This document shows, one piece after another, positions 1 through 10,445 of a stretch of DNA of 64,000 nucleotides; within the stretch, counting starts at the first letter, position 1, and each line of letters starts with the position of its first letter. Position numbers and translations under genes: made by a program. The notes below the pieces were generated by a model. The model was given only the letters and a program-made list of their open reading frames with translations, was not told the DNA's origin and did not search any database. Origin of the DNA: an uncultured Gammaproteobacteria bacterium (GTDB taxonomy: Bacteria > Patescibacteriota > Patescibacteriia > Buchananbacterales > UBA6539); contig CAZHUO010000001.1 of NCBI GenBank assembly GCA_964535715.1, positions 31,696 to 95,695 of the forward strand, read 5' to 3'.

Positions 1-1
1 A

Positions 2-3000
2 GGAGATTCTGAAAGCGATTCAAGTGATAGGTTTTCACTGCCCGATTTGCCGGGATTTAATTTCGGCTCAACCGGCGAAAATGAAATATATACCGGAGAT
101 ACCGGGCTTGGATTTTACGGCGGCAGGCAGGGTGCTCAAAGCCGGTTTATTGATTTTTTAAACGCCGGCATCAGCGAAGTCGGCCAATATGATATTTTAA
201 CGAAATTTACCAGCTGTCCGGATTCAGCCAATCCCGGCCCGGATGAATGCGTAATTTTGTCCGGATTCAGGCAGGCGATAGAAAAGGAAATTACGCTTTC
301 TCAGGCGATTGAATCTGGCTACATTGCCGGCGACAAGCCTTTTGGCTCAATGCAATTTAACGGCCAGGAATCTTTGAGAAGCGGCTTTCCTTACAGAAGC
401 TTGCTGATTTTAAGATCGCACCGAGTTATTCCGGTGACTTGGGAAATTGCGGCGGCGGCAATTAATAAATTTGAAAAAGGCGGCTCAAGAAGCTTGAATG
501 AATTAATCGGTTCTTTTAATGATAAAAGTAGTATTTATTATGGATTAATTGATCCCGACTGGGTATTAAAGCTTCCTGAACATTATTGCAAGGCTCAGGG
601 ATACGGGGAAAAGATACTTTATGAAGAAGTGACTGAAGGAATTGACAACAACGCCGATGGCGATTTTAATGACGATTCAGATGTTCCGCCGATAAGGATG
701 GTCGGCCGAAGCCAATACTGCGCTGATTTTCAATCTTGCTTAAAAGAGACGGAAGATGGTGCCTGCATGTGGGGCTATTGTGTTGAAGAAAGGCGGATTT
801 GGGATTTGGATGCTTCTTCCTGTCCAAAAGAATTCAATACCTGCCAGACATTCCAGGGCCGAAGCGGCAATGTTTTCAGCGCTTTGCAGAATACTCTGGA
901 TTTCAATGGCTGTAATATTAATAATGTCGGCTGCCGCTGGTATTGCCAGCATTATAATCCAATCAGCAAAGTTTGGGATTGTACAAGCGAAAGCGAAAGA
1001 ACTTTAAATGTTTGCGTCGAATCAACTGTCGACAGCAACGGAGTAGCCGGTTGTGCGGTAGCGGCTAACTGTGATATTAATGAAGGCCAAAATAGATGTT
1101 TTGACCAAGGAAACGGGATTGAAGTAAAAATTAGCGAACCCTGCAGTTCAAGTTCGAAATGGTGGAATACTGCAACTGAAAAATGCAGCATTTTAAGCAG
1201 CGAGGCTGCTTGCACAATTCCCCGCAGCGGCATCCAGTGCTATACTAGCGGCTGTGAAAAGTTTGATAATTTATTATCTAATCCCAGCTTTGAAGTGCCG
1301 CCTCAGCCGAGAATTCCCGGAGTTTTGACTTTTGATATTGCCCAGAATTGGAAAATCAATGAAGCCTATATTAATTATTTTATTTTAGCCGGCGGCGACA
1401 GGGAGCAGGTTTATGACGGTTCAAACAGCTTAAGATTTTATAATAGCGGCACGAATGTTACTGCTGAAATCAATTCGGATGGAATCAATCTTGTTCCAGG
1501 AAAGCAATATACATTTTCAGGAAAAATTTATAACAATTTGGTTTCCGGCAAAGCCACAATAACCATAAACGGAACATCAAAGGAAATTACTGAAAGAAAA
1601 GAAGGCTGGCAATCTTTAGATTTTGAATTTCTTGGTGCAATTAATACAAGTATTAATATTCAAATTGGCGGGACAATTTCAAGCGGAGGACAGGTTGCCG
1701 GCAGTATTTGGTTTGATAATTTCAAAATTACCGAAAGCTGTTCGGTGAATCCGATTAAGCTCACATTAATCGGAACTATGGAAACTGATCAAAGCAAGCT
1801 TCATCTTGACCGCAATGCATCTGAATGTCCTTCAGATAAAGCCGGCTGTTCGGAGTTTATCAGGACAAAAGTCGGTTTGGGAACCAATTTATATAGAAAT
1901 TCCAGCTTTGAAATATGGCCAGAAGGCCAGCTTTTTCCGCCGGGCATGACTTATGGCGATCAATGGGAAACAAGCAATAGAATTGAAAAAATTTACAGCG
2001 GCCTTGAAGGTTCTTTAAGCGTTAAACTGATTAATGGCGGCGCAGTGGGCAAAGAGCATGATTTCCAGTCAGAAAGCATTATCGGCATGAAGCCGAATAC
2101 CGCTTATCGGATTTCCCTTTGGGCTAAATCGGATGAAAAGGTTGATTCAAAATGGTCTGTTGGAGTTCTTTATAAAAGATCTAACGGATCGATTAATCAT
2201 GACGATTTAACCATCAATGATAAAAAAGAGTTAAGCCTTAATTCGAATTGGCAGCACTATATTTTTAATGCTTATGGAACAGATATCGGCGGTTCTGAAT
2301 TTAAGATCAGTTTTAATAACGCAAGCACCGATCCGAATGTTCCAATTTATCTGGATGCCATTCAGATAGAAGAAGTGCCGTCAAGCAATTCATATTTTTC
2401 TGAATATAAAGATTACGGCAAGGTTAATTTGTCTTATATTAAAAAAGCTCCGGAATCCCTAGGCTGTAAAGGCTATACCAAAGAGCGGCCAAGCCCTTAT
2501 GTTATTGACGGCATAGTAGCTAAAGAACAATGCCAAGGTGAAAATTTAGTTTGGAAAAAAGCCTGTCTTGGCGGCGAAAATAACGGAAAAAATTGCAATA
2601 GTATTTCGGATTGTCCCAGCGGTTCATGCGTTCCACGGGGTTGCGAGGGAGACAAATGCTGCCATGAAATTGATCCGGCGGAATGCTATAGTTATTCCCC
2701 GTATTGTTTCGCTGATGAAGTCGGCTGCAATTCGTATAACCCGACTGAAGGAAATATATCAATCCAGTCGGTTGTTGCAAGAGATGATTATTGCCCGGCG
2801 GAGTGTATCGGCTATGATTCATATAAGCAATCGGCAACATATTTTGAAAGCAAAGAGGCTTTAGACTTCTTTATTCCTTCAACTGCCGTTTCTTGTACCG
2901 CGGCAGACGCCGGCTGCGATGAATTCACCAATTTGGATGAAATTTCTCAAGGCGGCGAAGCCAAGGAATATTATAAATATCTCCGGTTGTGCAAAAAACC

Positions 3001-6000
3001 CCAGGATGCTGATGCTTATTGCAAGACTTTTTATGCCTGGCAGGGTTCAAGTGAAACCGGCTATCAATTAAAGACTTATGTTTTATCAACCGCCAATGCC
3101 TTAAGTAATGAGCCAAAAAGTACAATCACTGATTTAGAAGATTGGCCAAGCGAGTGGTGCAGCGATAAAACGTTAGATGCAAACGGCCTGCCTAATTGCT
3201 GCAATGGTCCCGATGATTTGGAAAAAAATCCATTTTGCCGGGAATTTTATGATATTAATGGAACAATTTACTATAAAATTTATCAAAATACAATCAGCTG
3301 TTCAGACAACTGCCATCCTTTCCGCAAGACCCGCCTGGGAGAAAACGATTCGGATGCGGAGACAAATTGCAAAGCAAGCAACGGAAGCTGGGATTCTGCT
3401 AACTTAGTTTGCATTTATCAGGCCATACCCGGCCAGGGAATTGCCTGTTCCAGCCGCGCGATCGGCTGCCGGGAATACCGCGGAAATGCCGGTGCAAACA
3501 TTTTTACCGCGTTTTTTGAAGACTTTGAAAGCGGAACGGAAAGCGGCTGGAAAATCGGACAAATCCAAAGCGAAGCTTTGTCAATTGCCGGCCATTCAAT
3601 TATGAGCCAGTCTCTAAAATTAAAAACGTCGATAGGTGTTTTGACGGATTCTGCAGGTAATCCAATAAATTGCAATGATTTGACTTTACGGTCATGCGAT
3701 GCAAATAATCCGCAAGACTATAATTGTTATGATAGGGCGGCAAATGCCTGCAAGGCTAAAGATAGTGACCGGTCGGATATTTGCTTGGTGCAAGTAGGCG
3801 AACAATATTGCAGTGTTTTAGGCAATACGATAAAGCCGAAAAAGACCTATTTGATTTCTTTTTGGGCGAAGAGCGCTTCCGCCAATATTGTACAGGATTT
3901 GGAAATTAAATTTATAAATAATAACGATGTTTCAGATGTTCTAACTCCGCAAAAAATAAATATCCAGCCGGATTGGGATTATTATCTGTTTGGTCCGTAT
4001 AAGGCGGAAAATATTATCAGAGCCGACGGCGCCATTGATCCGTCAATCGCCATAGATTTTGCTTCAAGAACAGGAGAATTTTATGTTGATAACTTAAGGA
4101 TTCAGGAAGTTAAAAATTATGTTTATGTAAATAAGGGCACCTGGGCAACTCCGCAGAGCTGCGACCAAAATCCGTTTGTTGAAAACGGCCCGATTAGGGC
4201 GCCTCAATTCATGCTTGGCTGCAAGCAGTATTTGGATATTTCAAATTTAGTCCATAATTTGAGGTCGTTCAATAAATTGTGCCGGGAAATCGCCGTTGGC
4301 TGCGAAGCGATGATTGATACTAATAATTCAACCTCTCCGTTCAGCGAGACTTTCAATCAAAATGACATATATGACAATGGCACTGATTATACAACCGATG
4401 ATGATGTTGATTTTTCCCTGACTGTTCCGCAAGACAAGCTGGTATATATTGTCAACCGCCTTGCTTATCAATGCGAACAGCCGTATAAAGGCTGTCAAAT
4501 TTTGGGGCTGCCGTTAATTAATATAAATAATGAAGTTGTCGGTTATAATACGGTGAGCAAGATTAATAATCCCGATGATTATGCTAATTCATTATGCAGA
4601 AATTCCGAAGTCAGCTGCGAGGAATTTTCTTCAGGCAACAAATTTTCATATTTCAAGTCTCCGGGCCAAAAGACCTGTGAATATCGGCAGATTCCCAATC
4701 AGTCAAAATTTGCCTGGTATAAAACCGGTTCAATATCGGTTAATCCGGATTGTCCGATAAAGCAGCCGCCTTTAGGGACGGTTCATCCAAAGAGCGGCTG
4801 GGTCGGCTTATGTCCCGAACAATACAATAATTGCACCCAATTTGTCGATTCGGCGACAAAATTCGGCAAAAATTTGATCTTCAATTATGATTTTGGAATG
4901 GATATTGACAGGGATACCGGAGGAATTCCCGATGGCTGGTATCAAGAGGCCGCAGCAGCGAATGTGGAATTATTTCAAAAAATAAAAGTTCAGCAGGGAA
5001 AATTATATATTTTCGGAGTCACCAGCAATGCTGATCCAGCAACAGTTGATCCTCTTCTTGGCTATTCGCCAAATCCGCTGCTGAAAGATACTGATTTCAA
5101 ATTTGAAATCAGGGGCTGTGAATCAATCAGTTCTTTTGATCACTCTTTGATTGAAGAAAAAAATTGTGCAGATAAAACTACGGGAAATCTGGTATTGCCA
5201 AAAGCAGCATGTCAAAACGATAGTGATTGCGGCTCCAATCGCTGTGCTAAAATTTTAGCCATGCCGCCTGAAGTCTATCAAAATGATGACAGGACAAATG
5301 AAACTATTTCCGGGCTTAGGGGAGAAAGGGAATATACCGGCAGATTTTTCAGTCCTTTTGACCAGTATTGCGAAATAAGAATAATTGCCAGTCCTGAAGC
5401 CGACTTTATAGCTAAAGTAAGAAAGAATTTAAATAAAGTTTCAGCCAGAGAGGCGCTTGTCAATTATGCCTTAAGCGATACGGTTGACAAAATGAGCTGC
5501 AATGGCGTGGCTGACGAAAAAGCCGGCTGCGTGCTTTTCAACGACCGAAGCTATGTCAATTATCGGCTCGGCGAAGATGATATAAGCTACTTGGCTTTTG
5601 ATGCTGATATTTCAGGCAGATCGTCCGGCAATGAATTAATAAACAACGGCTTGCCGGTTATGGAAAGCAACACTTCGGCCTATCGGGTTGATTCAAATAT
5701 TGTTTTAAAAACAAAGCCTGACCGCGAATGCGAAGCTTGGATTTATCCAAACAGCTTTACCAATTTTTCCGAAGAGAAAGTTGAAAGGAATTTTTCCACC
5801 AGCATTATTACCTGCAACTCAATGGAAAGCGACGGCAGCTGCAGCGGTTTTGCCTTTAATAACAACAAGCTGGGTACTTGCCGGATAGATTCGTCGACAC
5901 CACCCGTGTCTTCCTGCATAAACGATTCAGACTGTTCAGCTGGATTTAAATGCTTCAGGCAGTCTTATGATTATTATAATAATCCGGAGCAAGTTAAAAA

Positions 6001-9000
6001 TCTAAGCGGTTTCAGCAAACCGGGATATTATTTCGCCAAAGGCGGAGTCTGTACCGCCGGACAAGCCGCTGGTGCAAGCTGTATAGACGATTTTCAATGC
6101 GCCCTTGTTGCCGGCAGTTGCGATAAATTCGTTTTTGGCTATTATCCTTTTTCGGAAATGAAACAGTTAGGCGGCCTTACTATATCGCAAAGCACTGATT
6201 TCGAAGCCGGAATATTAAAGCCTTATGGCTGGATTTTGGATGATCTTCTTCCTTTAAATAGTGAGCCGCCGGATTTTTCCAAGGCAGAATGGAAGCCAGG
6301 ATATGCAATGCTTATTAATAATCCGGTTAGTGCCCAGCAGCAGGGAATTGACCCGTTTGCGCCGTCTGGACGGGCTTTTGTCAGAGTTAGCGGCCCATTC
6401 AGAATAAAATCAGAAGAAATCGAGGCTTTTAGCAGTACCGAATATTTTATTTCCGGTTATCTGAATACCGTTAATTTGGCCGAAGGAAGCGGTCTTATCT
6501 CAATCAGGGAATTGGATGGAGATGGCAATAAAATCGGCAGCGACAAGCCTTTATTGAGGCTTCAAAAAGGCAATGGCTGGTCGCTTTTGACTAATAATTT
6601 TATAACCGAATCAGCTACTGCAAGGCTAGAGGTGATATTAAGCAATTGGAATGATAATGGCGGATTACATGATGGGGTTTCTGGCGATACTTATTTTGAT
6701 GATGTGAAAATCCGCCCGGTGCTGAAAGCCGCCGGCCTGGAATTCGATGATACTTATATTGTTCCAAGCTGCCGAATTTATCCGGCATCCGATTCTTTAA
6801 GCTGTGATTATTATACCGATAAAAATTACCGCTTGCGCGGCTGGCTTGGCTATTGCCTGCAGCCCGATCCGGCCAATGCAAGCCAGTGCCTGCTTTGGTG
6901 GCCGGTTGATTTGATTGAAGGCGGCTATGCTCCGGAACAGCCTTCGAATATCCCGTCGCCTTTATATTATTGCCTGGGTGCGGTTGAAGACCTTTATTAT
7001 TTGAATAAATGCTTATTTGAAAACGGAGAGCTGTGTTCTTCGGTTAATTCCAGGCCGAACAGTTCAGAAACTTTGCCAAGAATTTTCAGCTGGGAAGTGC
7101 CGCAAGATTGGAAAATTCAGGACTGGCAGATTCAAAATATTTCCGCCGGCGCCATGATAGTTGACTGCAATCCTCCGGAAAGCGGCGCTCCGTATTGCCA
7201 GACACAGACAGCTTATTCCAGGCTGGTTTTCAATCGGCATCCTTTGGAGGAAAATGCCTGGGTCAACAGAGACGGCATCAAGGCAAAATTAAATTATAGC
7301 AGCCAGGGCCTTTTGGAAAGCATTGATTTTGAAGTTTTAGGCGCTAATTGCGTTTGTAATAATATTGACATTACTTTTGTCATTAAAAATATTTGGTGCC
7401 GGTATTTGGTCCAGACAGTGACGCTATTTGGCCAAAACAAAGCCTGGTTTAATCGGATTTCCGAAGAAGGCGCCAAAAGATTTGTCATTCCCGGTCTTGG
7501 CTATCTTGAAAGCGCTGATTATTTGCTTTTTGGATCGGCAGTTCCGCCCGAGCCGGCCGGCGAACCGGAAGCCTGGAATTTGTCTGACGATTCTTGGATT
7601 CGGCCTTTGCTGGTTGCCCGGCCTTATTTTGAAATGTTTGAAGCTCCCTATCAGGCAAGGGCGGGTACTCCGTATGCCTGCGTTCAGGGTTCAGCCGCTT
7701 TTTGGGGCAAGCCTTGCAGTTATCCCGGGGAATCAGGCGTAACAAATATCATTGCTTGGAGCCAAAATTCAGATAATTCAAAAGATCCTTTAGAACATTT
7801 TATAAATTACTATGGCAAAGAAAGCTTAATGCGCTTATTTGCCAGAACCTACGGCTCATGGGAATTCCAGGGCTATGGCGTTTGCCGGCCGGATCCATCA
7901 TTGGAAACCCCGCCCGTGCCAATAGAAGCTATTTGCGCCTGTCCGGAAAGCGAATGTGCAAAACTTGATAAGGACATCACTTATAAGGCATGTGGAAAAG
8001 GAATTTGCTCTTATTTTGATGAGGGCGGGCGATTAATTCCCGACTCCAGCGATGAAGCGTTGGTTCCGGATAATATCGTCAAATGCGAAACGGATCAAGA
8101 ATGTTTGGATAGTCGCTCATGCGAAAACAATGTGTGCAAGGGAACATTGGGCGTTGGATGCACCACTCATTTGGATTGTCCGATATCGTTTTGCATCCCA
8201 ACCGGCCAGTCCTGCGAAGTCGATCTTTGGGATTGCATTTCACTGAAACAATTAATTTCAGATGCCGCCACAATGGTTATCCAAACCTTTTATACCGATA
8301 GCTATTTAACTATTGAATTGGTTATTGTCTTAATTGTTGTAAAACTAATTGGCATGATACTGCTTTCTTGCGGCCCGAAAAGTTGCAGTAATAGTAGTGG
8401 CTGCGATATAGGTGAAGGCACGTGTATTTCGTTTATTTCTTACCTTCTTTTAAATTGGGGAATCAGTGACTCAGACGATCCCAATGGGCTTGATTGGGTT
8501 ATTAATTCTTTAATTGCTCCGATTTTAGGCACGATGACCGGTGACGCCAGTGATGGTAGTGGCAATGTTATACAAAATATTTTAAATTTAATAGGCTTAG
8601 GAGAATCTAATGAAACTCTTTTTGAAAGCGATGTTGGAATTTTTGCCTTTATCGGGGATATTTTCGGCGAGCAGTTAGGCACTGTTTTGGGAAGCGTGTG
8701 CAGTAATACTCCTTTCCGTTGCTCAGGAGGTAAAAAGCAAAGATGCTGCTGGTGGAGCAACTGTAATCCTTTTACAACCAGCCAAAGCCGATGCGAAGCC
8801 GGGCCTTTTGCCGGAAAGATTTGTTCAACTGCTTCTGTGGATGAAAGCGGAGATCAATGTCCAGAAGATTATATTTGCGAGCTTAAAAGCGAAACCTCGT
8901 CTTATATTGATGTATCCGGTTTTGACTGGAAAGAGCCGATTTCATCGTGTCCAAATAATGTAAGGCCTTTGGGGTACTGTGAAGGCGGAATCTATGATAA

Positions 9001-10231
9001 GCTGCCATGCTTCAATAATGAAAGCTGCATTGGCTTTAAAGGCAAGTGCGATGAAAATCAAATATGCGTTACATCTGAAGTAAACAAATATATTCCGCAA
9101 ATCGCTTCTTTTGATACGGTATGCAGTAATGGTGCATATGCAATTTGGGTGCAAAATATCTGTAAGTATGATTTAGGGGAGTTTGATGAAACCGCTGAAT
9201 TTATTATGTCTTCAAGGCCATTTGTTAGACTTGAAGTTTGCAGTGGAGATAGTACTATGTCTTGTACAAGCGATGCTCAATGTATAGATGGTCATGGTGT
9301 CAGTCATGGATTTTGTGTCTTGGTTGCTACCTCTCCCCTCCCGACAATTGATGGAGAAACATGTACTGGTCAAATGCCTGGTTCTGCGAATGCTGGTTAT
9401 GTTGGAGAAATAAAAAATGTGCCATTAAAATTATGTTCAAATAATAAAAGTAAAACTTGTGACAATAGTAGTGATTGTGATGGTAATAGTTGTGATTTTA
9501 TAAAAGATTTAAGATTATGCGTCATTGAAGAGCAGCATTATTTATTGTATAAAGAAAATACTACTGATATTTTATGCACTGATCAAAATGTTACTGATTT
9601 AAAAAATTGCAAAGATCTTCCTGGCTATAATCCATGCAATGAGGGAGATAGTTGGGATAACAATAAATATTGTTATAAAGATTCGGTCCTGCCGGTTATT
9701 TCAGCTGACTGCAATGCTGGTTCCCCGGGAAAAGTCTGCTATTCCGAAACTAGCTGCAGTATTAGCGGCGGAGATTATTGCGCTGTTTATCCGACAATCA
9801 CTTATTTTTCAGTCAATGGAAAAGAAGGATCGTCAATTCAGATATACGGAACGGGAAGCATTGTTTTGAATTTCACCGCTGAAATCGATGAAGCCCAGCT
9901 GCCTATGACCGGTTATGCTATAAATTGGGGTGATGATACTAAAAGCTCGGTCAGCGGCCAGTTGCTTGCTGTTCATTCAAGCAAGGAAAATCCTTTTAAG
10001 GCAACTCATTTCTATTCCTACTGGGATTTATTGGCTTTAGATCAAGCCGGAAAGCTTTACTGCGGACAGGCCCCTGGTGATAAATGCTGCAAGCCCGAAG
10101 AATCAGTATGTGTTGTTGTTCCTATGGTTCGGGTTACTGATAATTGGGGCTGGTGCAGCGGGGGGCAGCACGGCTCAGCTTGCCAAAGCAGTTGGACTCG
10201 ATTCGGCGGCCAAATTGTTGTTATGCCGTAG
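2..10231 (+). CDS. Giant secreted cysteine-rich surface protein, 5'-partial. Repeated beta-sandwich CBM/galactose-binding-like modules alternate with Cys-rich linkers. One internal hydrophobic helix lies near residue 2750.
   Basis: Single open frame from the window edge (no stop from nt 2) to the stop at 10231. The tool start at 47 is TTG, so the true start is probably upstream. Very high Cys content with recurring C-x(4-8)-GC-x-E-F and AGCSEF-type motifs. At least four segments look like CBM4_9/laminin-G beta-sandwich units (e.g. SLRFYNSGTNVTAEI..., SLSVKLINGGAVGKEHDF..., HSIMSQSLKLKTSIG...KTYLISFWAKS). Hydrophobic segment LTIELVIVLIVVKLIGMILL. Confidence 0.8.
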   Translation, partial: GDSESDSSDRFSLPDLPGFNFGSTGENEIYTGDTGLGFYGGRQGAQSRFIDFLNAGISEVGQYDILTKFTSCPDSANPGPDECVILSGFRQAIEKEITLSQAIESGYIAGDKPFGSMQFNGQESLRSGFPYRSLLILRSHRVIPVTWEIAAAAINKFEKGGSRSLNELIGSFNDKSSIYYGLIDPDWVLKLPEHYCKAQGYGEKILYEEVTEGIDNNADGDFNDDSDVPPIRMVGRSQYCADFQSCLKETEDGACMWGYCVEERRIWDLDASSCPKEFNTCQTFQGRSGNVFSALQNTLDFNGCNINNVGCRWYCQHYNPISKVWDCTSESERTLNVCVESTVDSNGVAGCAVAANCDINEGQNRCFDQGNGIEVKISEPCSSSSKWWNTATEKCSILSSEAACTIPRSGIQCYTSGCEKFDNLLSNPSFEVPPQPRIPGVLTFDIAQNWKINEAYINYFILAGGDREQVYDGSNSLRFYNSGTNVTAEINSDGINLVPGKQYTFSGKIYNNLVSGKATITINGTSKEITERKEGWQSLDFEFLGAINTSINIQIGGTISSGGQVAGSIWFDNFKITESCSVNPIKLTLIGTMETDQSKLHLDRNASECPSDKAGCSEFIRTKVGLGTNLYRNSSFEIWPEGQLFPPGMTYGDQWETSNRIEKIYSGLEGSLSVKLINGGAVGKEHDFQSESIIGMKPNTAYRISLWAKSDEKVDSKWSVGVLYKRSNGSINHDDLTINDKKELSLNSNWQHYIFNAYGTDIGGSEFKISFNNASTDPNVPIYLDAIQIEEVPSSNSYFSEYKDYGKVNLSYIKKAPESLGCKGYTKERPSPYVIDGIVAKEQCQGENLVWKKACLGGENNGKNCNSISDCPSGSCVPRGCEGDKCCHEIDPAECYSYSPYCFADEVGCNSYNPTEGNISIQSVVARDDYCPAECIGYDSYKQSATYFESKEALDFFIPSTAVSCTAADAGCDEFTNLDEISQGGEAKEYYKYLRLCKKPQDADAYCKTFYAWQGSSETGYQLKTYVLSTANALSNEPKSTITDLEDWPSEWCSDKTLDANGLPNCCNGPDDLEKNPFCREFYDINGTIYYKIYQNTISCSDNCHPFRKTRLGENDSDAETNCKASNGSWDSANLVCIYQAIPGQGIACSSRAIGCREYRGNAGANIFTAFFEDFESGTESGWKIGQIQSEALSIAGHSIMSQSLKLKTSIGVLTDSAGNPINCNDLTLRSCDANNPQDYNCYDRAANACKAKDSDRSDICLVQVGEQYCSVLGNTIKPKKTYLISFWAKSASANIVQDLEIKFINNNDVSDVLTPQKINIQPDWDYYLFGPYKAENIIRADGAIDPSIAIDFASRTGEFYVDNLRIQEVKNYVYVNKGTWATPQSCDQNPFVENGPIRAPQFMLGCKQYLDISNLVHNLRSFNKLCREIAVGCEAMIDTNNSTSPFSETFNQNDIYDNGTDYTTDDDVDFSLTVPQDKLVYIVNRLAYQCEQPYKGCQILGLPLININNEVVGYNTVSKINNPDDYANSLCRNSEVSCEEFSSGNKFSYFKSPGQKTCEYRQIPNQSKFAWYKTGSISVNPDCPIKQPPLGTVHPKSGWVGLCPEQYNNCTQFVDSATKFGKNLIFNYDFGMDIDRDTGGIPDGWYQEAAAANVELFQKIKVQQGKLYIFGVTSNADPATVDPLLGYSPNPLLKDTDFKFEIRGCESISSFDHSLIEEKNCADKTTGNLVLPKAACQNDSDCGSNRCAKILAMPPEVYQNDDRTNETISGLRGEREYTGRFFSPFDQYCEIRIIASPEADFIAKVRKNLNKVSAREALVNYALSDTVDKMSCNGVADEKAGCVLFNDRSYVNYRLGEDDISYLAFDADISGRSSGNELINNGLPVMESNTSAYRVDSNIVLKTKPDRECEAWIYPNSFTNFSEEKVERNFSTSIITCNSMESDGSCSGFAFNNNKLGTCRIDSSTPPVSSCINDSDCSAGFKCFRQSYDYYNNPEQVKNLSGFSKPGYYFAKGGVCTAGQAAGASCIDDFQCALVAGSCDKFVFGYYPFSEMKQLGGLTISQSTDFEAGILKPYGWILDDLLPLNSEPPDFSKAEWKPGYAMLINNPVSAQQQGIDPFAPSGRAFVRVSGPFRIKSEEIEAFSSTEYFISGYLNTVNLAEGSGLISIRELDGDGNKIGSDKPLLRLQKGNGWSLLTNNFITESATARLEVILSNWNDNGGLHDGVSGDTYFDDVKIRPVLKAAGLEFDDTYIVPSCRIYPASDSLSCDYYTDKNYRLRGWLGYCLQPDPANASQCLLWWPVDLIEGGYAPEQPSNIPSPLYYCLGAVEDLYYLNKCLFENGELCSSVNSRPNSSETLPRIFSWEVPQDWKIQDWQIQNISAGAMIVDCNPPESGAPYCQTQTAYSRLVFNRHPLEENAWVNRDGIKAKLNYSSQGLLESIDFEVLGANCVCNNIDITFVIKNIWCRYLVQTVTLFGQNKAWFNRISEEGAKRFVIPGLGYLESADYLLFGSAVPPEPAGEPEAWNLSDDSWIRPLLVARPYFEMFEAPYQARAGTPYACVQGSAAFWGKPCSYPGESGVTNIIAWSQNSDNSKDPLEHFINYYGKESLMRLFARTYGSWEFQGYGVCRPDPSLETPPVPIEAICACPESECAKLDKDITYKACGKGICSYFDEGGRLIPDSSDEALVPDNIVKCETDQECLDSRSCENNVCKGTLGVGCTTHLDCPISFCIPTGQSCEVDLWDCISLKQLISDAATMVIQTFYTDSYLTIELVIVLIVVKLIGMILLSCGPKSCSNSSGCDIGEGTCISFISYLLLNWGISDSDDPNGLDWVINSLIAPILGTMTGDASDGSGNVIQNILNLIGLGESNETLFESDVGIFAFIGDIFGEQLGTVLGSVCSNTPFRCSGGKKQRCCWWSNCNPFTTSQSRCEAGPFAGKICSTASVDESGDQCPEDYICELKSETSSYIDVSGFDWKEPISSCPNNVRPLGYCEGGIYDKLPCFNNESCIGFKGKCDENQICVTSEVNKYIPQIASFDTVCSNGAYAIWVQNICKYDLGEFDETAEFIMSSRPFVRLEVCSGDSTMSCTSDAQCIDGHGVSHGFCVLVATSPLPTIDGETCTGQMPGSANAGYVGEIKNVPLKLCSNNKSKTCDNSSDCDGNSCDFIKDLRLCVIEEQHYLLYKENTTDILCTDQNVTDLKNCKDLPGYNPCNEGDSWDNNKYCYKDSVLPVISADCNAGSPGKVCYSETSCSISGGDYCAVYPTITYFSVNGKEGSSIQIYGTGSIVLNFTAEIDEAQLPMTGYAINWGDDTKSSVSGQLLAVHSSKENPFKATHFYSYWDLLALDQAGKLYCGQAPGDKCCKPEESVCVVVPMVRVTDNWGWCSGGQHGSACQSSWTRFGGQIVVMP

Positions 10232-10324
10232 GCTATTTTTAAAAGTTTATAAAAGCAAGTAAAAGTAAATTAGAAGTAAATTAAGAATTAAGTAACGGGC
10301 AAGCGCCTCAACAGCCAGATTAGG

Positions 10325-10409
10325 CAACGGGGTTCTTGACCCGTTGACTAACGGGTTTAACCCCGTTGATGCAAAGAGAAATTTGCCAAGTTGAGACTAA
10401 AGTCTCAAC
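10325..10409 (+). terminator. Three consecutive GC-rich stem-loops downstream of the giant gene
   Basis: caacgg..ccgttg, aacggg..cccgtt, and gttgagac-taaa-gtctcaac (perfect 8-bp stem). No clear T-tract follows. Confidence 0.4.
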
Positions 10410-10445
10410 GCCCGAATTGAAAATGATTTTAAAAAAATTAAAATA

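Noticed and set aside
1-46. TTG start at 47 for the giant ORF
   Set aside because: The frame is open back to nt 2 with no stop. The gene is almost certainly 5'-truncated by the window, so the TTG is not taken as the start.
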